Assembly: GCA_951406725.2 (NCBI GenBank)
Contig: OX597815.1
Coordinates: forward strand, 163,866,001-163,930,000
DNA: 64,000 nucleotides
Reading direction: 5' to 3'
Source: Octopus vulgaris
Lineage: Eukaryota
Position numbers and translations under genes: made by a program. Shown here in pieces: positions 1 through 12,931 of this stretch. The stretch's first letter is position 1, and every line of letters starts with the position of its first letter. Below the pieces are notes generated by a model, which had not been told where the DNA came from, did no database searches, and saw nothing but the letters and a program-made list of their open reading frames with translations.

Positions 1-617
1 CCTGTTGGATATTTCCCTATATCACAAGCATCTGTCATGTGTCCACATACTTTGTATACTGTGTATGCGTTTATCTCATTTCATCTTCTGTTCCCATTCT
101 TTCTTCTCATCTTTTAGCCAAATCCCTACACAAATTGTAGGCCGTCCGTGAGATGACCACCTCATTTATGCCCCTTTAGCAAATAAGAGAATTAATCATT
201 ATCAGCAGCAGCAGCATTCCAGACAAAATGCTTAGCAGCATTTCGTCCGTCTTTACGTCGTTAGCTCAAATTACACCGTGATCGACGTTGCCTTTCCTAC
301 TTTGGCGCCTGATAAAATACGGAGCTGTCATGTAATGGGGCCGATGTAATTAACCCTCACTCCCAATGCTTCAGGCCTTGTGCCTACAGTAGGGAAGATT
401 ATTATTATTACCTACTGGAGGTTAGTAGGGGTTCACTCCCCCTGCTAGCGTTATATTGTATATAAAGGATGCAGAACGTTGCATCGAAAACCAGCTGGCG
501 GACAGTCTGTCTGGGGTTAAACTAGTAGTATCATTCACTTGCTACTTTGATGTGACAAATCGCTCTACTATTATTATTATCATTATTTTTATTATCATTT
601 ATTATTTTTATCTATGT

Positions 618-1008
618 AAGGCAGTGAGTTGGCAGAATCGTTAGCACGCCGGGCGAAATGCTTAGCGGTATTTCGTCTGCTGTCACGTTCTGAGTTCAAA
701 TTCTGCCGAGGTCGACTTTGCCTTTCCTTCTTTCGGGGTCGATAAATTAAGTACCAGTTACGCACTGGGGTCGATGTAATCGACTTAATCCGTTTGTCTG
801 TCCTTGTTTGTCCCTTCTGTGTTTAGCCCCTTGTAGGTAGTAAAGAAATAGGTATTTCGCTTGTTCTGGGTTCAAGTTCCGCCGATGTCGACTTAGCCTT
901 TCATCCTTTCGGGGTCGATAAATTAAATACCAGTTGCGTACTGGGATCAATCTAATTGACTTGCCTCCTCCCCCAAATTTTCCGGCATTGTGCCTATAAT
1001 AGAAAATA
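618..1008 (+). mobile_element. tRNA-derived SINE family A, dimeric copy
   Basis: Head AAGGCAGTGAGTTGGCAGAATCG (A-box-like), B box GTTCAAATTC, central GTCGACTTTGCCTTTC..TTTCGGGGTCGATAAATTAAGTACCAG. A second partial unit restarts at GGTATTTCG (851). Many homologous copies in the window. Confidence 0.85.
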
Positions 1009-1453
1009 TAATATGTTTGTCGTTTTAGAAGAGATAAAAAAAAAACCTGTACTGACGAGTGCCACGGTTAGCATATATATATATATGTGTGTGTGTGAAT
1101 GTATTGGGAAACAAAGCAAGCTTCTTAACTACACAGCCACACCTTTTCTTACACACACATACACACACATAAACGCCCGCACAAACACAATCACACCGAC
1201 ACATTCGTGTGTGCACATATCACTCAGGCACATTCGCGTGCGAACATACGAACTATTGATTTTAACTTTGGCACAAGGCCAAGTATTGGCGAACAAGAAT
1301 TATAGTCGCAGGAATCGACCACAGTGCGTGATTGACACTTATTTTATCGATAGTAAATAAGCTGGAAAATAATTCCTGTAATCCAAGAAATCTCTTAAGG
1401 ACGACTGCAACTTTATCCTGGGCCTGGATTGGAATGCCGTCGATTGCAGTTAA

Positions 1454-1544
<91 letters not shown>

Positions 1545-1569
1545 TGTGCTATTTTTTTTAATTCTTTTA

Positions 1570-1850
1570 CATTTTTCAGTCATTTTACTGTTGTCAAGCT
1601 GGACCACCGCCTTGAATGGTTTCATTCGAACAAATCGACTCCAGGAACTATTCTTTGTTAGCTTAGTAAGTATTCCATCGGAATCTTTTGCCGAACTGCT
1701 AAGTTACGTCTACCAAATCCCCTCTCAAGAGTTTGATCGGCTCGAGGCTATAGTAGAAGACACTTGACCAAGGTGCCATACAGTGAGACTGAACCTGGAT
1801 CTGTGCTGTTGGGGAGCAAGCTTCTTAGCATGCAACCACGCCTACGCCTA
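1570..1850 (-). mobile_element. tRNA-derived SINE family B (CORE-like), degenerate copy
   Basis: Reverse complement matches the family B head (GGCGTAGG..TGG..., GGTTCAGTC, CCTTGG.CAAGTGTCTTCTACTATAGCC) and tail seen at 57419-57815. Confidence 0.7.
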
Positions 1851-1886
1851 GCTTCTTATTGTATACCGTGTATACTCTTTACAATT

Positions 1887-1937
<51 letters not shown>

Positions 1938-2958
1938 AAATCCTTCTATGCAAACACCCACACTTAGTATATATAATCGAATTTTCGCCTTCCTCAAATT
2001 TGAGGCCTTGTAAGAAATCATTATTTTTGTTAGTAAAAAGAAGAAACAGTCGTGGCATATGAGACCGATTTTGAAGATATTCTCGGATTGATGAATTCGA
2101 TGGATTCGATGTTGGGATTAACTGTTTGTAGAGAAAAACCTGGGTAGGATATCAAGCCAACAGAAGAGCGTCTACAAGTTCAATCGATCTACCAGATATA
2201 GCAATGAAATAGCGATCAAACCATACCGTTAAAGAAGAAACATATCGGTTAACATAGTACACGATATATTCAAGAGTGGGACGATCATTACAAGAACGCC
2301 TTTGGTTACAGATTGACTTCGATTAAATATGATTGTTCATTGACTTCTTCCGTTTGGTCAGTGCTGACACTGAACATCATAGGCTGGAAGGTACTCGGGA
2401 GCAGTATGGTTTTTTGTCGGAAGGATTGGGTAAATAGTGTAGCAGTCATAAAAGGTCAGTAGAAAAGAAGTCCTGAAATAGTAGTAGAAAAAAAAACAGT
2501 AAGAAAATAGCTATATATGAATTATTTAATTGTACTGTTCTAACAGAAACTAACTAGCAAGCCAATAGGTCGTTTTTGAAACTATGGAGAAGTGTTCAAG
2601 ATAAGCTGATAGCGACTTCTTAAAAGATACGAAAGAACACAAAAATATAAGATTCAGTTATAAGGAACGAGGGATAAATAGTGAAAGTGAGTAAATTCAT
2701 AGCATCGATAAACAGGGATTTAAAGATTAATAATTAAGAAACAGTTAAATAATGAATTATTGCATAGATCTAGGTATTTAAGGAGTAGAACGCACAATTT
2801 CTTGTATGACAGACTGCCTCGAGCTCAAAGCAGAGACAATGGAAATAGCTCTTGCGCAGGAGGATTGCGAGAGAGATGCACAGGAACTGCCACCCTGACG
2901 CACGGGGCTCACACTTGCGGACAGCAATCTCCGCCCCGATAGCGGGTCGGAGAGGGAC

Positions 2959-3351
2959 GTTTTTTTTCTTTGTTGGCACTCCGTCGGCTACGACGACGAG
3001 CGTTCCAATTGATCCGTTCAACGGAACAACTTGCTCGTGAAATTAACGTGCAAGTGGCTGAGCATTCCACAGACACGTGTACCCTTAAAGATGTTCTCGG
3101 GGGAGATTCAGCGTGATACAGAGTGTGTCAAGGCTGGCGCTTTGAAATACAGGTACAACAGAAACAGGAAAATAGAGTGAGAGAAAGTTGTGGTGAAAGA
3201 GTACAGCAAGGTTCGCTACCACCCCTTGCCGGAGCGTCGTAGAGCTTTAGGTGTTTTCGCTCAATAACCACAACGCCTAGTCTGGGAATCGAAACCGCGA
3301 TCCTACAACTGCGAGTCCGCTGCCCTAACCACTGGGCCATTGCGCCTCCAC
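2959..3351 (-). mobile_element. tRNA-derived SINE family C, full length with TSD
   Basis: Minus strand starts GGAGGCGCAATGGCCCAGTGGTTAGGGCAGCGGAC (A box), B-box-like GGTTTCGATTCCC, A-rich tail. Flanked by CG(G/T)AGAGGGAC at 2948-2958 and 3352-3362. A fragment of the same family lies at ~53925-54052. Confidence 0.85.
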
Positions 3352-4328
3352 CGTAGAGGGACTGATACCTTGACAACTTGCTTTTAGCCTGACAAGCAAC
3401 GGAGCCTGAGCTGGTAGCTGACCAGTGCGAGCAAATTCTCAACGCGAAGAGAATTTCATGCTTATGTATCTTCTGACCGTGAGTATAAATCCTGTTCTCC
3501 GCGATGCAGATAAAGCAATGTTAAATGTGAGACGTCTTGGTTGTCATCAGGAATTTTGGGTCCTCGTATTTTAATTGACTTTGAACGTTTCGTATGATGC
3601 TCTCTGATAAAGAACAGGCGGTGATACAAGACAGACCCTTGATATGAATGATCGCTGCTTTTCTATGATTTGGGGGACAAGATTCAGTTTTGGCAGTCAT
3701 TTAGTTGTATGTTGCAGTATTTGGTAATGCTAAAACAATGTTGCTTAACTAGTGTTTGAGAATAGTAAGAACAAACTACAGACTAATGAAGCGAACTTTC
3801 TCTATAGATCAGTGCGCGCGTCTTTTGATATGATAGTTTCGACTGTGGCGTGACCAGTGAAAACAGTTGACAGTCCCTGGTATCGAGGTTGATGCTATTG
3901 CCTGCTTTCAGAAAACAGACCAATAGCTGCATTCGAATAGAGCGCACGCTATTAATAAGCGTTCTGTTTGACTGCTTCTGAATACGCTCGTGCGTGTGCA
4001 CACGAGCATTCGCGAACATGAGCACTTGTACTTACCACACACACGCACACGCACGCATGCACGCACGCACAGATATGCGAACGCATTCCAATATATATAT
4101 ATATATGGATTCCCTTCCGCCCTTCTCTCTTCTTGTTTTTGTCTCTTCTCCTCTCTATATGGACCTCATACACTTATCGCGGATATAGGCATGCTTGTGA
4201 TTGAGTGTAACAAGTATTCAAATGCACGTGTTCAAACGGAGAAACACGAACGTGTGTGTGTGTGTACGTGTGAGTGTATATGCGTGTGTGTGTGTGCGTG
4301 TGTGCAAGCGTTTGTATGTATACATATA

Positions 4329-4359
<31 letters not shown>

Positions 4360-5105
4360 TTCTGTACCTTTATGCATGTAAGTATATGTATGAACACGTA
4401 TGTATATATTTGTATGTATGTGTGCGTGTGTATTTAAACGTATGTATATGCGTATTAGTGTGTATGCGCACGTATGTGTGTGTATGTGTGTATGTATGTA
4501 TGTATGCATTATATTGGTATTAACTGAACATTGGATACTGAAGAAATTCTAATAGACACATGGAGGTGACATTTCGAATGACTGAGACACAAGACGTGTG
4601 TGCGTGGCACAGGCAAGCGCCTGTGCTTGTGTGTGTGTCTGTGTGTGTATGTGTGAGTATGAAAGAAAGGGAAAGAGAGAGAAGGAACAGTTAAACAAAG
4701 ACTGAAGAAATATAAATCGCTTAGAGATAACTAGAAAGTGAGAGGGAGTAATTGAAACAGGAGGAGAAAGCCGGAAACAAAATTAAAAAAAAAAACACAT
4801 CGGAAAAGGCACAACGAAAAAAAAAAGACAAAGAAAAGCAAACAGATAGAAAGAAGAAAAAAATGGCAGTTAAAGTGTAATAGGAGGGACATGAATAGTA
4901 AGAGACAATCAATAGGCTGTCATTTGGAAATCGATTTTTACTTTTGTATTAGTATCTTTCTCTTTTATTTTTCTTTCATTCCGACTTTTCCCTCCACTCC
5001 CTTGAAGTCAATGAATGAAAAGCGAACAGTTTCAATGAAAACGCTTTTGTAAACTATAACCGCCATATCTACAATACCGTAACCTATTATCTATCTATCT
5101 ATCTG

Positions 5106-5143
<38 letters not shown>

Positions 5144-5247
5144 CGTCTGCCTGTCCGTCCGTCCGTTCAACCAGCCAACCAGCCGAGTATAAGTCCAAGT
5201 GTTTCACATAGGGAGATTGTGCCTCTGAGGATTATAAAATGAGAATT

Positions 5248-5618
5248 TTTATTACCTCCACCTTCGTGAAGGTGGAGGTATTGTTTTCTGTCGTGTTTGT
5301 TTGTTTGTCCGTGGACAAAATATCTCAAGAACCACTGGATGGATTCGATTGAAAGTTTCAGGGATGTTTCTTTGGCCTTATGACTGACACGAACTGATTA
5401 CATTTTGAGATCGATCCGGTACCGGAGAAGGATTCTGCATTATTTTTCCTGTTTTTGTTCCTTAATTTTTCAGAGTGGTCGGGTTCAATTTTAGTATTCT
5501 CGGAGAGCAGTCAAGTTTATTTCAGATATTCTCATTTTAAAAATCCTCTCTGACTAATCGTTGAGAAAACTTTAGTGTTGCCTTAACGGAGGTTTGCGCT
5601 CTCTGAGCGCTCTTGTTT
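5248..5618 (+). mobile_element. Helentron-associated non-autonomous element (HINE/DINE-1-like)
   Basis: 5' hairpin TACCTCCACCTTC-GT-GAAGGTGGAGGTA (5253-5280), then (GTTT)n, a subterminal inverted copy CGGAGGT (5587-5593), a 3' stem-loop GCGCTC-TCT-GAGCGC (5596-5610), and T-rich flanks. This is the known HINE architecture. Confidence 0.75.
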
Positions 5619-5647
5619 TTATTTTATTACTATTGTCATTATTATCC

Positions 5648-6042
5648 GAATCGAGACAACGTTATGCTTAATGGTATTTCGTGTGTCTTTATATTCTGAG
5701 TTCAAATTCCACCAAGGTCGACTTTGCTTCTCATCCTTTCGGGGTCTATAAAAGAAGTACTAGCTGATCATTGGGATCGATGTAATCGACTTACCCCTCC
5801 CTTAAATTTCAGGCAGTGTGCCTATAGTAGAAAGGACTATTACTATTATTATAATTATTATCAGGATAGTTAGCATAGCAGACAAAATGCTGTCTGTAAA
5901 TTCTGAGTTCAAATTCCGCCGAGGTCAACTTTGCCTTTCATCATTTCGGGGTCGATAAATTAAGTACCATTCGAGCACCGGGGTTGATATAATCAACTGA
6001 GCCTTACCCCTGAACTTGCTGGCCTAGTGCCCAAATTTGAAA

Positions 6043-6045
<3 letters not shown>
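5648..6045 (+). mobile_element. Two degenerate SINE family A copies in tandem
   Basis: Two occurrences of GAGTTCAAATTCC..GGTC(G/A)ACTTTGC..TCAT..TTTCGGGGTC, each ending in (TTA)n. Confidence 0.75.
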
Positions 6046-6074
<29 letters not shown>

Positions 6075-6376
6075 TTTATCCAAGGCGGTGCCTCAGCATG
6101 GCCGCAGACACTGGGGTAAAATACACATCATGACTACACGTCTGATAAGGGTACACTAGGCACATGCATCACAACCATATGTGCACGACATAGTCATCTC
6201 CTATCAAGATAAACAGCGCATGACCTTGCAGGTGAGACCCAATTAGAATTTTCTTCAGGTCGAGTAGCCCATCCCACTCAAAAGGTCCCTGAATAAGGGT
6301 TGCTTAAGGATGGTGAACAAAACACCCATGTTTCCAAAGGTGAATTATCCAAACCCCAAAGAATTCCTCACAACAC

Positions 6377-6506
6377 TATTATTATTATTATTGTTGTTGT
6401 TGTTGTTATGATTATTGTTGTTGTTGTTATGATTATTGTTGTTGTTGTTATGATTATTATTGTTATTGCTATTGTTATTATTGTTATTATTATTATTATT
6501 ATTATT
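6377..6506. repeat. (TTA/TTG)n trinucleotide microsatellite
   Basis: Directly visible; source of the poly-I/V and poly-N ORFs. Confidence 0.95.
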
Positions 6507-7170
6507 AAGGCGGCGAGCTGGCTGAAACGTTAGCACGCCAGGCGAAATGCGTAACCGTATTTCGTCTGTCCTTGTTTGTCTCCTCTGTGTGTAGCCCCTT
6601 GTGGGCAGTAAAGAAATAGGTATTTCGTCTGTCTTTACGTTCTGGGTTCAAATTCCGCCGAGGTCGACTTTGCCTTTCATCCTTTCGGGGTTGATAAATT
6701 AAGTACCAGTTATATAATCGACTTAATCCGTCTGTCTGTTCTTGTTTGTTTCTTCTGTGTTTAGACCTTTGTGGGTAGTAAATAAATAGGTATTTCGTTT
6801 ATCTTTATGTTTCGAGTTCAAATTCCGCCGAGGTCGACTTTGCCTTTCATCCTTCCACTATCATCTAATTAAGTAATAATTGCGTACTAGAGTCGATCTA
6901 ATCGACTGGGCCCCTCCCCAAAAATTTCGGACCTTGTGCCTAGTGTAGAAAAGATTATTAAGGTGGCGAACTAGTAGAATCGGTAACATGCCGGGCGAAA
7001 TGCTTGGCGGTATTTCGTGCATCTTTACGTACGGAGTTCAAATTTTGTCAAGGTTGACTTTGCCCTTCATATTTTCGAAATCGATAAATTAAGTCCCAGT
7101 GAAACACTGGGGTTCATTTTATCGGCTAATCCCCTCCCGCAAAATTTTATGCTTTATGTAAAAAGAATTA
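6507..7170 (+). mobile_element. SINE family A multimer (6507-6960) plus adjacent monomer (6961-7170)
   Basis: Heads AAGGCGGCGAGCTGGC at 6507 and AGGTGGCGAACTAG at 6961; internal restarts at GGTATTTCG (6619, 6789). Confidence 0.85.
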
Positions 7171-7231
7171 CTATTGTTGTTGTTGCTGCTGCTCCTATCA
7201 TTGTCTTTTGTTGTTGTTTTATATTTTTCTA

Positions 7232-7478
7232 GCAGTGTGATAAGAAGTTTGCTTCTCATCCACATGGTTTCGATTTCAATCTCTCTGCGTGACACCGTAG
7301 GCAAGTGTATTTTACTGTCACCGCGGATCGACCAAAGCATTGTGAGTGGATTTCGTTGACCGGTAACTGAAAGAAGCCCTCGTGTATACATATACAGACC
7401 AAGTCCAATCTAAAGAATATAAAAAGTGGAAATTCGTATATATGCATTTTATGTACATGTGTGATAAGGTATGTGTGC

Positions 7479-7518
<40 letters not shown>

Positions 7519-8070
7519 CAACAGATGTCATTTTATTTACGTCCCTGCAACTTAGCTATTCGGCAAAAGTGACCGATGGAATAAGTACCAGACTGTAAAA
7601 AAATTAGCACTGGGGTCCATTTATTTCATCTAAAACTCTTCACTCCGGTGCTCCAACGTAGAAACCATGTATGTGTGCGTGTATGTATTCATGTATAACG
7701 CCCACAAGGTAGTGCCCCAGCATAGCCACAGTCCAATGATTGAAATGATTAGGAGAATAAAAGAAAACATGGGTGTGTGTGTGTGATGAACCGACAGAAT
7801 CGTTAGCACGCCGGTCATTTGGTACATCTTTACGTTTCGAGTTTAAATAACACATAGGTTAACTATGACATCATTCTTTCTGCGTTGATAAAATAAGTAG
7901 CAGTTGAGTACTAGGGTCAATGTAATCGACTCAGCCACTACTCCAAAATATTTCCGTCTACCAGATCCACTCACAAGGTCGGTCCGAGGCTATAGTAGAA
8001 GACACTTGCCCAAAGTAAAACTGAACCTGGAACCATGTGGTTCAGAAGCAAGCTTCTTATCACCCCGCCA
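7232..8070. mobile_element. Cluster of degenerate SINEs (B on +, A on +, B fragment on -)
   Basis: Family B head and tail at 7232-7750, family A core at 7793-7950, reverse family B fragment at 7950-8070. Confidence 0.65.
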
Positions 8071-10019
8071 CACAGGAAATGCTGGATGGTTGGGGGTTCC
8101 GGAAAAAACAAAGCAATCTGATTTGCGATCTTTCAATATAATCGATAAGCAGTATGCGAAAATATGCATGTCGTTCAAGGATTCTTCATCTGAAGTTCCT
8201 GGGCCGAACACATACACACAGTCACATGCACATATGAAATACACACACACAAATATAGACACGTACAAAACATATACAGTAATGAAGTACATACGCACAT
8301 ACGCACACTCACATCTAAAGAATGCTAACCCAATTTATGAGCCCAAGTTTATGTACACATACATACATATATACATACATACTTACATACACACATACAC
8401 ACACACACATACATACATACCTACATACATACATACATACATACATACATACATACATACATACATACATACATACATACATACATACATACATAGACAC
8501 ACGCGTGCGCGGACACACATACACTAACCAATTTACATAAGCAGAAACCTCAAGAGCTGTCTTCTAAGATTGAAACACTGCTATGTGTAACGAAACTTCA
8601 ATAAATATGCTCTACATTTCAATGTTTTAATAGTAGCAAACTAGTGATCCTACAAGCCTTTCATATATATGTGTGTAGGTGTGTAAGGAAGGAGAAGGAG
8701 AGAGAGAGAGAGAGAGAGAGAGAAAAGAAAGAGTGAGTATTTACAGAACAAGAAGGAGCAAGGAAGACAGGCGGTAAAGGTGGGGAGGTCAATCTATTGT
8801 ATAAACAGTCCAAGTCCAAACTAAAGAACACAAAGAAGTGGAAATTCACCTTGTATAGTCGATTGAAATGTCTGTTCCATTTTCCTCGCCAAAATTGGCA
8901 TTGTGCCACGAGAGGAAATTATTATGCGTGAGTGTGAACGTGTGTAGGCGCATGTGTGCGTATTTGTGCGTATATGTGTTGTGCGTACTTGAGTTTGTGT
9001 ATTGCCTTAGACTAGGCTGCTTATACTGTCCGTACTTGTGTGAATAGAATAAATAAGTAGAGAGAAATTTACAACAGAGATGAAAGGACTCTCAGGAATA
9101 TCTTAAAAGAGACTAGCTCACGCTTTACCGACAATGATAAACTGATTCGAAGTCATCGTATACTGTACAAAACTACGAACTACAAGAAGAACAGGTACTA
9201 ACACATAATAACAACATTAATACAAACATAACAGTGAACATACACAAATACATATATACGTACATACATACGTACATACATACATACTCACTCACACACG
9301 CACAGAGGTTTACCTCAACTTAGTTCGTTTCGAGTTCCGTCGTCTTCGACTTCGTGTTGTTTTGTTGTCAGAAATAAATTGAAATAAAAAATACAGATCT
9401 CAAATTTAGTCGATTTTTCCGATTTTACGTCGGTCTCAGCGAACTTATTTAAAAGCAAAAAAATTTCTGAAGAGAAGAAAAAGAAAAACAAATACTTAAA
9501 TGTCAGTTTTGAAGCGAAAATTCAAATGAAATTCCTATAAAAAAAGATGTGCAATCGTGGCTGTGAGGTAAAAAGCTTGCTTCGAAACCACATTGTTTCG
9601 GGTTCAGTCCCACTCTGCGGCACCTTGGGCAAGTGTCTTATTTAGCCTTGGGCTGACCAAAGACTTGTGAGTAGATTTGGTAGACGAAATGAATGTTTGT
9701 GTGTGTGTGTGTGTGTGTGCCTGTGTGTGTTTGCTTGTGTGAGTGTGTGCGTGTATGTGTGTGTATGTATATGTATATACATGTTGTTATTTAGAAATGC
9801 GTTTAGGTTTCCCAAGAGCAGAGGAGACTCCCGTTATTTCGACAAAGCCGTGGGGAACGAAGTTCTTGGAGGTGAAAGATACTCAGACATAAAGCTTGCA
9901 GCGAAAATAATACAGGTGATCTTGCAATGCCTGTCATTGGAACAAACTATGGCAACTAGGAAAGCGACAGAAGCGTTGTACAAGCTTATGTCATTTAAAC
10001 CCATTGACACACACGTCTT

Positions 10020-10312
10020 ATTACCTGGGGCCATACTAGAGCACCCTTTTCAATCTATCAATCTAACTTACGGGACGTAAACACACCAACAACAGTTGTC
10101 AAGCGATAGTGGGGGCAAACACAGAGACAAAGATACACATACATATATACATATAAATATGACGAGCTTCTTTCAGTTTCCGTCTACCAAATCCACTCAC
10201 AACCCGAGGCTATAGCAGACCACACTTGTCCAAAGTGCCATGCAGTGGGACTGAACCCGGAATCGCGTGATTGAGAACCAAGCTTCTTACCACGCAGCCA
10301 CTCCTGTGGCTA
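10020..10312 (-). mobile_element. SINE family B, degenerate
   Basis: Contains CTTTCAGTTTCCGTCTACCAAATCCACTCAC and GTGGGACTGAACCCGG, the reverse complements of family B motifs. Confidence 0.75.
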
Positions 10313-10316
10313 TATG

Positions 10317-10388
<72 letters not shown>

Positions 10389-10673
10389 CCTACATTATGT
10401 ATACACAGAGACAAACGGATAGACAGGAAGACAGACAGACAGACACAGAGACAGAGATTTCTACAGCCAGCCAATCGGATAACTTCTACGTCATCGATCA
10501 ACCAGCGGATATGCCTACATAACATCCGCAAATGGCATTGGAAGTTGTTTAAAAAGTAACAAAAGACATACTGGATACAACAAAGTAAACGGATCTTCGT
10601 CGGTTTCTATGACCACTTCGATAAACTGAACAATTTTCTCATTTTGCTAGTAAATATAGTAGATATAGAAAAG

Positions 10674-10922
10674 AGTAAAGGTAAAGTTGCCTTCTCGTGT
10701 CAAACCGATTCATTAGTGCCGGTTTCCTGATTTCATGGCGTATAAATTCCTCACCTGGACAGGATACCGGCCTGTCGCAGGATTACTCCTTTTTGCCAGC
10801 TGAGTAGATTCGAACAACGTGAAATGAAGTGCTTTGTTGAAGAACACCACGCGCCGCCAAGTCTAGGAATCGAAACCACATTCCTCCGATCATGAGTCCA
10901 ATACCCTAACCACTAAGCCACG
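10674..10922 (-). mobile_element. tRNA-derived SINE family D
   Basis: Minus strand TGGCTTAGTGGTTAGGGT (A box), GGTTTCGATTCC (B-box-like), 3' tail ...AACTTTACCTTTAC. Confidence 0.7.
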
Positions 10923-11192
10923 TAGTAGATGTTGTAGCACGATCTCTCTCAAATGCAACTATTGTTTTCAAATAGTAGCAACAAGGGCAACGTCGACGAC
11001 AACGACCACGACAACTGCTCTCGGTCATTTTGCGCGTAGTATAATTTTAATTTACGGAGATGTACTTGCATAGCAAGTGACCTGATCTGAGATCGTGCGC
11101 TGGAACGAAAATAATTGCAGCGTGGAAGGTGTTTATAAGCCATTTAAGTAACACACAAAATTCGTTAGATTCACTTCGACATTTAAATTTAA

Positions 11193-11243
11193 TTTGTCGA
11201 AATATTTTCGTCGTTTTTTGGCCGCGAACTGTTCACTGACAAA
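11193..11243 (-). ncRNA. Candidate minimal type I hammerhead ribozyme, G3:C8 core variant
   Basis: Minus strand tttgtca-GTGAACA-gttcgcggccaaaaaacgac-GAA-AATATT-t-cgacaaa. Stem I tttgtc/gacaaa, stem II closed by G-C and T-A, palindromic stem III AATATT. One defect at the base of stem I. Confidence 0.55.
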
Positions 11244-11378
11244 ATACTGTGCTACATAATTTTAATTAAGTAGTCACAAAGATTTCGATATTAAATAAAA
11301 CAATGGTTATTTTGCATAGTGGACCTGAAAGTAAGATGTCTGATCGACGACAAAACATAAAGAAATATACGCACGCAT

Positions 11379-12931
11379 GCGCATGTGTTAGAATGTGTAT
11401 GTGTGTAAGAGAAAGAGAGAGAGAAAGGGAATGAGTTGTATAAATGCGTTTGTTGTTGAAAGGTATTATTTTAAAGTACTCTCGACCTCGTCTATACTAA
11501 ATTAGCAGTATCCGTGGAAATCCCAAGACCCGTTTTGTGGTGCTCTATCAACTATAAACAACTTCCCACTCGGTGATAATATCCTGTCATTTTCATGATA
11601 ATCCTTTAATTAATTTCTGGGAAGTCTTGTCTATTTTCTTCGGTATTGTTTTCTCTTGTAGCTTTTCTTATTATTATGGCTAATGCATAATATTCTTGCC
11701 GATCATCAACGTTTGTACTTTGCTTTCTTTTATGATCAACAACTCTTATTCTTTCCTTATTATCTTCAGCTTCGTCGTTCGTCATACAACAGCTTCTAGC
11801 TCCTATTTTGGCAATAATTTCATTCTTTTCCTTCTCAGGCAATGCTTCACATCATTCCTGATTTTCTTCTCTTCATCCCTAATTCTTATTTCTTTCTGTC
11901 TTCTTTCAATTTTTCACTGTACTTTCTCTGCCTTTCTTGAATCACTTCTCGATGTCTTATGATCGTTATTCGCCGTAACACACTAAAAAAAAAAGAAAAA
12001 GAAAAAAAGAAACTCTGCTTTGGTGATAAAATAATTCATGAACAACTTCATATTATATCGTTGGTAACATCCAATAAACACAATATCTCGTCACACATAT
12101 TTTACGAAGAAAGTTGTGAACATGGTTATCTTATAATTATTCTACTTCATCACTCCGCGCATGTGTTAGAGTGAGTATGTGTGTAAGAGAAAGAGAGAGA
12201 GAAAGGGAATGAGTTGTATAAATGCGTTTGTTGTTGAAAGGTATTATTTTAAAGTACTCTCGACCTCGTCTATACTAAATTAGCAGTATCCGTGGAAATC
12301 CCCAGACCCGTTTTGTGGTGCTCTATCAACTATAAACAACTTCCCACTCGGTGATAATATCCTGTCATTTTCATGATAATCCTTTGATTAATTTCTGGGA
12401 AGTCTTGTCTATTTTCTTCGGTATTGCTTTCTCTTGTAGCTTTTCTTATTATTATGGCTAATGCATAATATTCTTGCCGATCATCAACGTTTGTACTTTG
12501 CTTTCTTTTATGATCAACAACTCTTATTCTTTCCTTATTATCTTCAGCTTCGTCGTTCGTCATACAACCGCATCTAGCTCCTATTTTGGCAATAATTTCA
12601 TTCTTTTCCTTCTCAGGCAATGCTTCACATCATTCCTGATTTTCTTCTCTTCATCCCTAATTCTTATTTCTTTCTGTCTTCTTTCAATTTTTCACTGTAC
12701 TTTCTCTGCCTTTCTTGAATCACTTCTCGATGTCTTATGATCGTTATTCGCCGTAACACACTAAAAAAAACGAAAAGAAAAAAAGAAACTCCGCTTTGGT
12801 GATAAAATAATTCATGATCAACTTCATATTATATCGTTGGTAACATCCATAAACACAATATCTCGTCACACATATTTTACGAAGAAAGTTGTGAACATGG
12901 TTATCTTATAATTATTCTGCTTATCACTCCG
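11379..12931. repeat. Near-identical tandem duplication with 778-bp period (11379-12156, 12157-12931)
   Basis: ORFs 11696-11962 and 12474-12740 give the same translation, offset by 778. Only scattered substitutions and small indels between copies. Confidence 0.95.

Noticed and set aside
2803-3549. Possible solo LTR (TG...CA, TATAAA at ~3484) interrupted by SINE C
   Set aside because: No TSD, PBS, PPT or second copy to support it.
8560-8605. CTAAGA...CGAAACTTCAATAAA, reminiscent of a PLE hammerhead end
   Set aside because: The core is incomplete and the stems cannot be supported.
11696-11962. Hydrophobic 88-aa ORF (duplicated) resembling a membrane protein
   Set aside because: It is the antisense reading of a purine-rich, probably Helitron-derived, minus-strand remnant.
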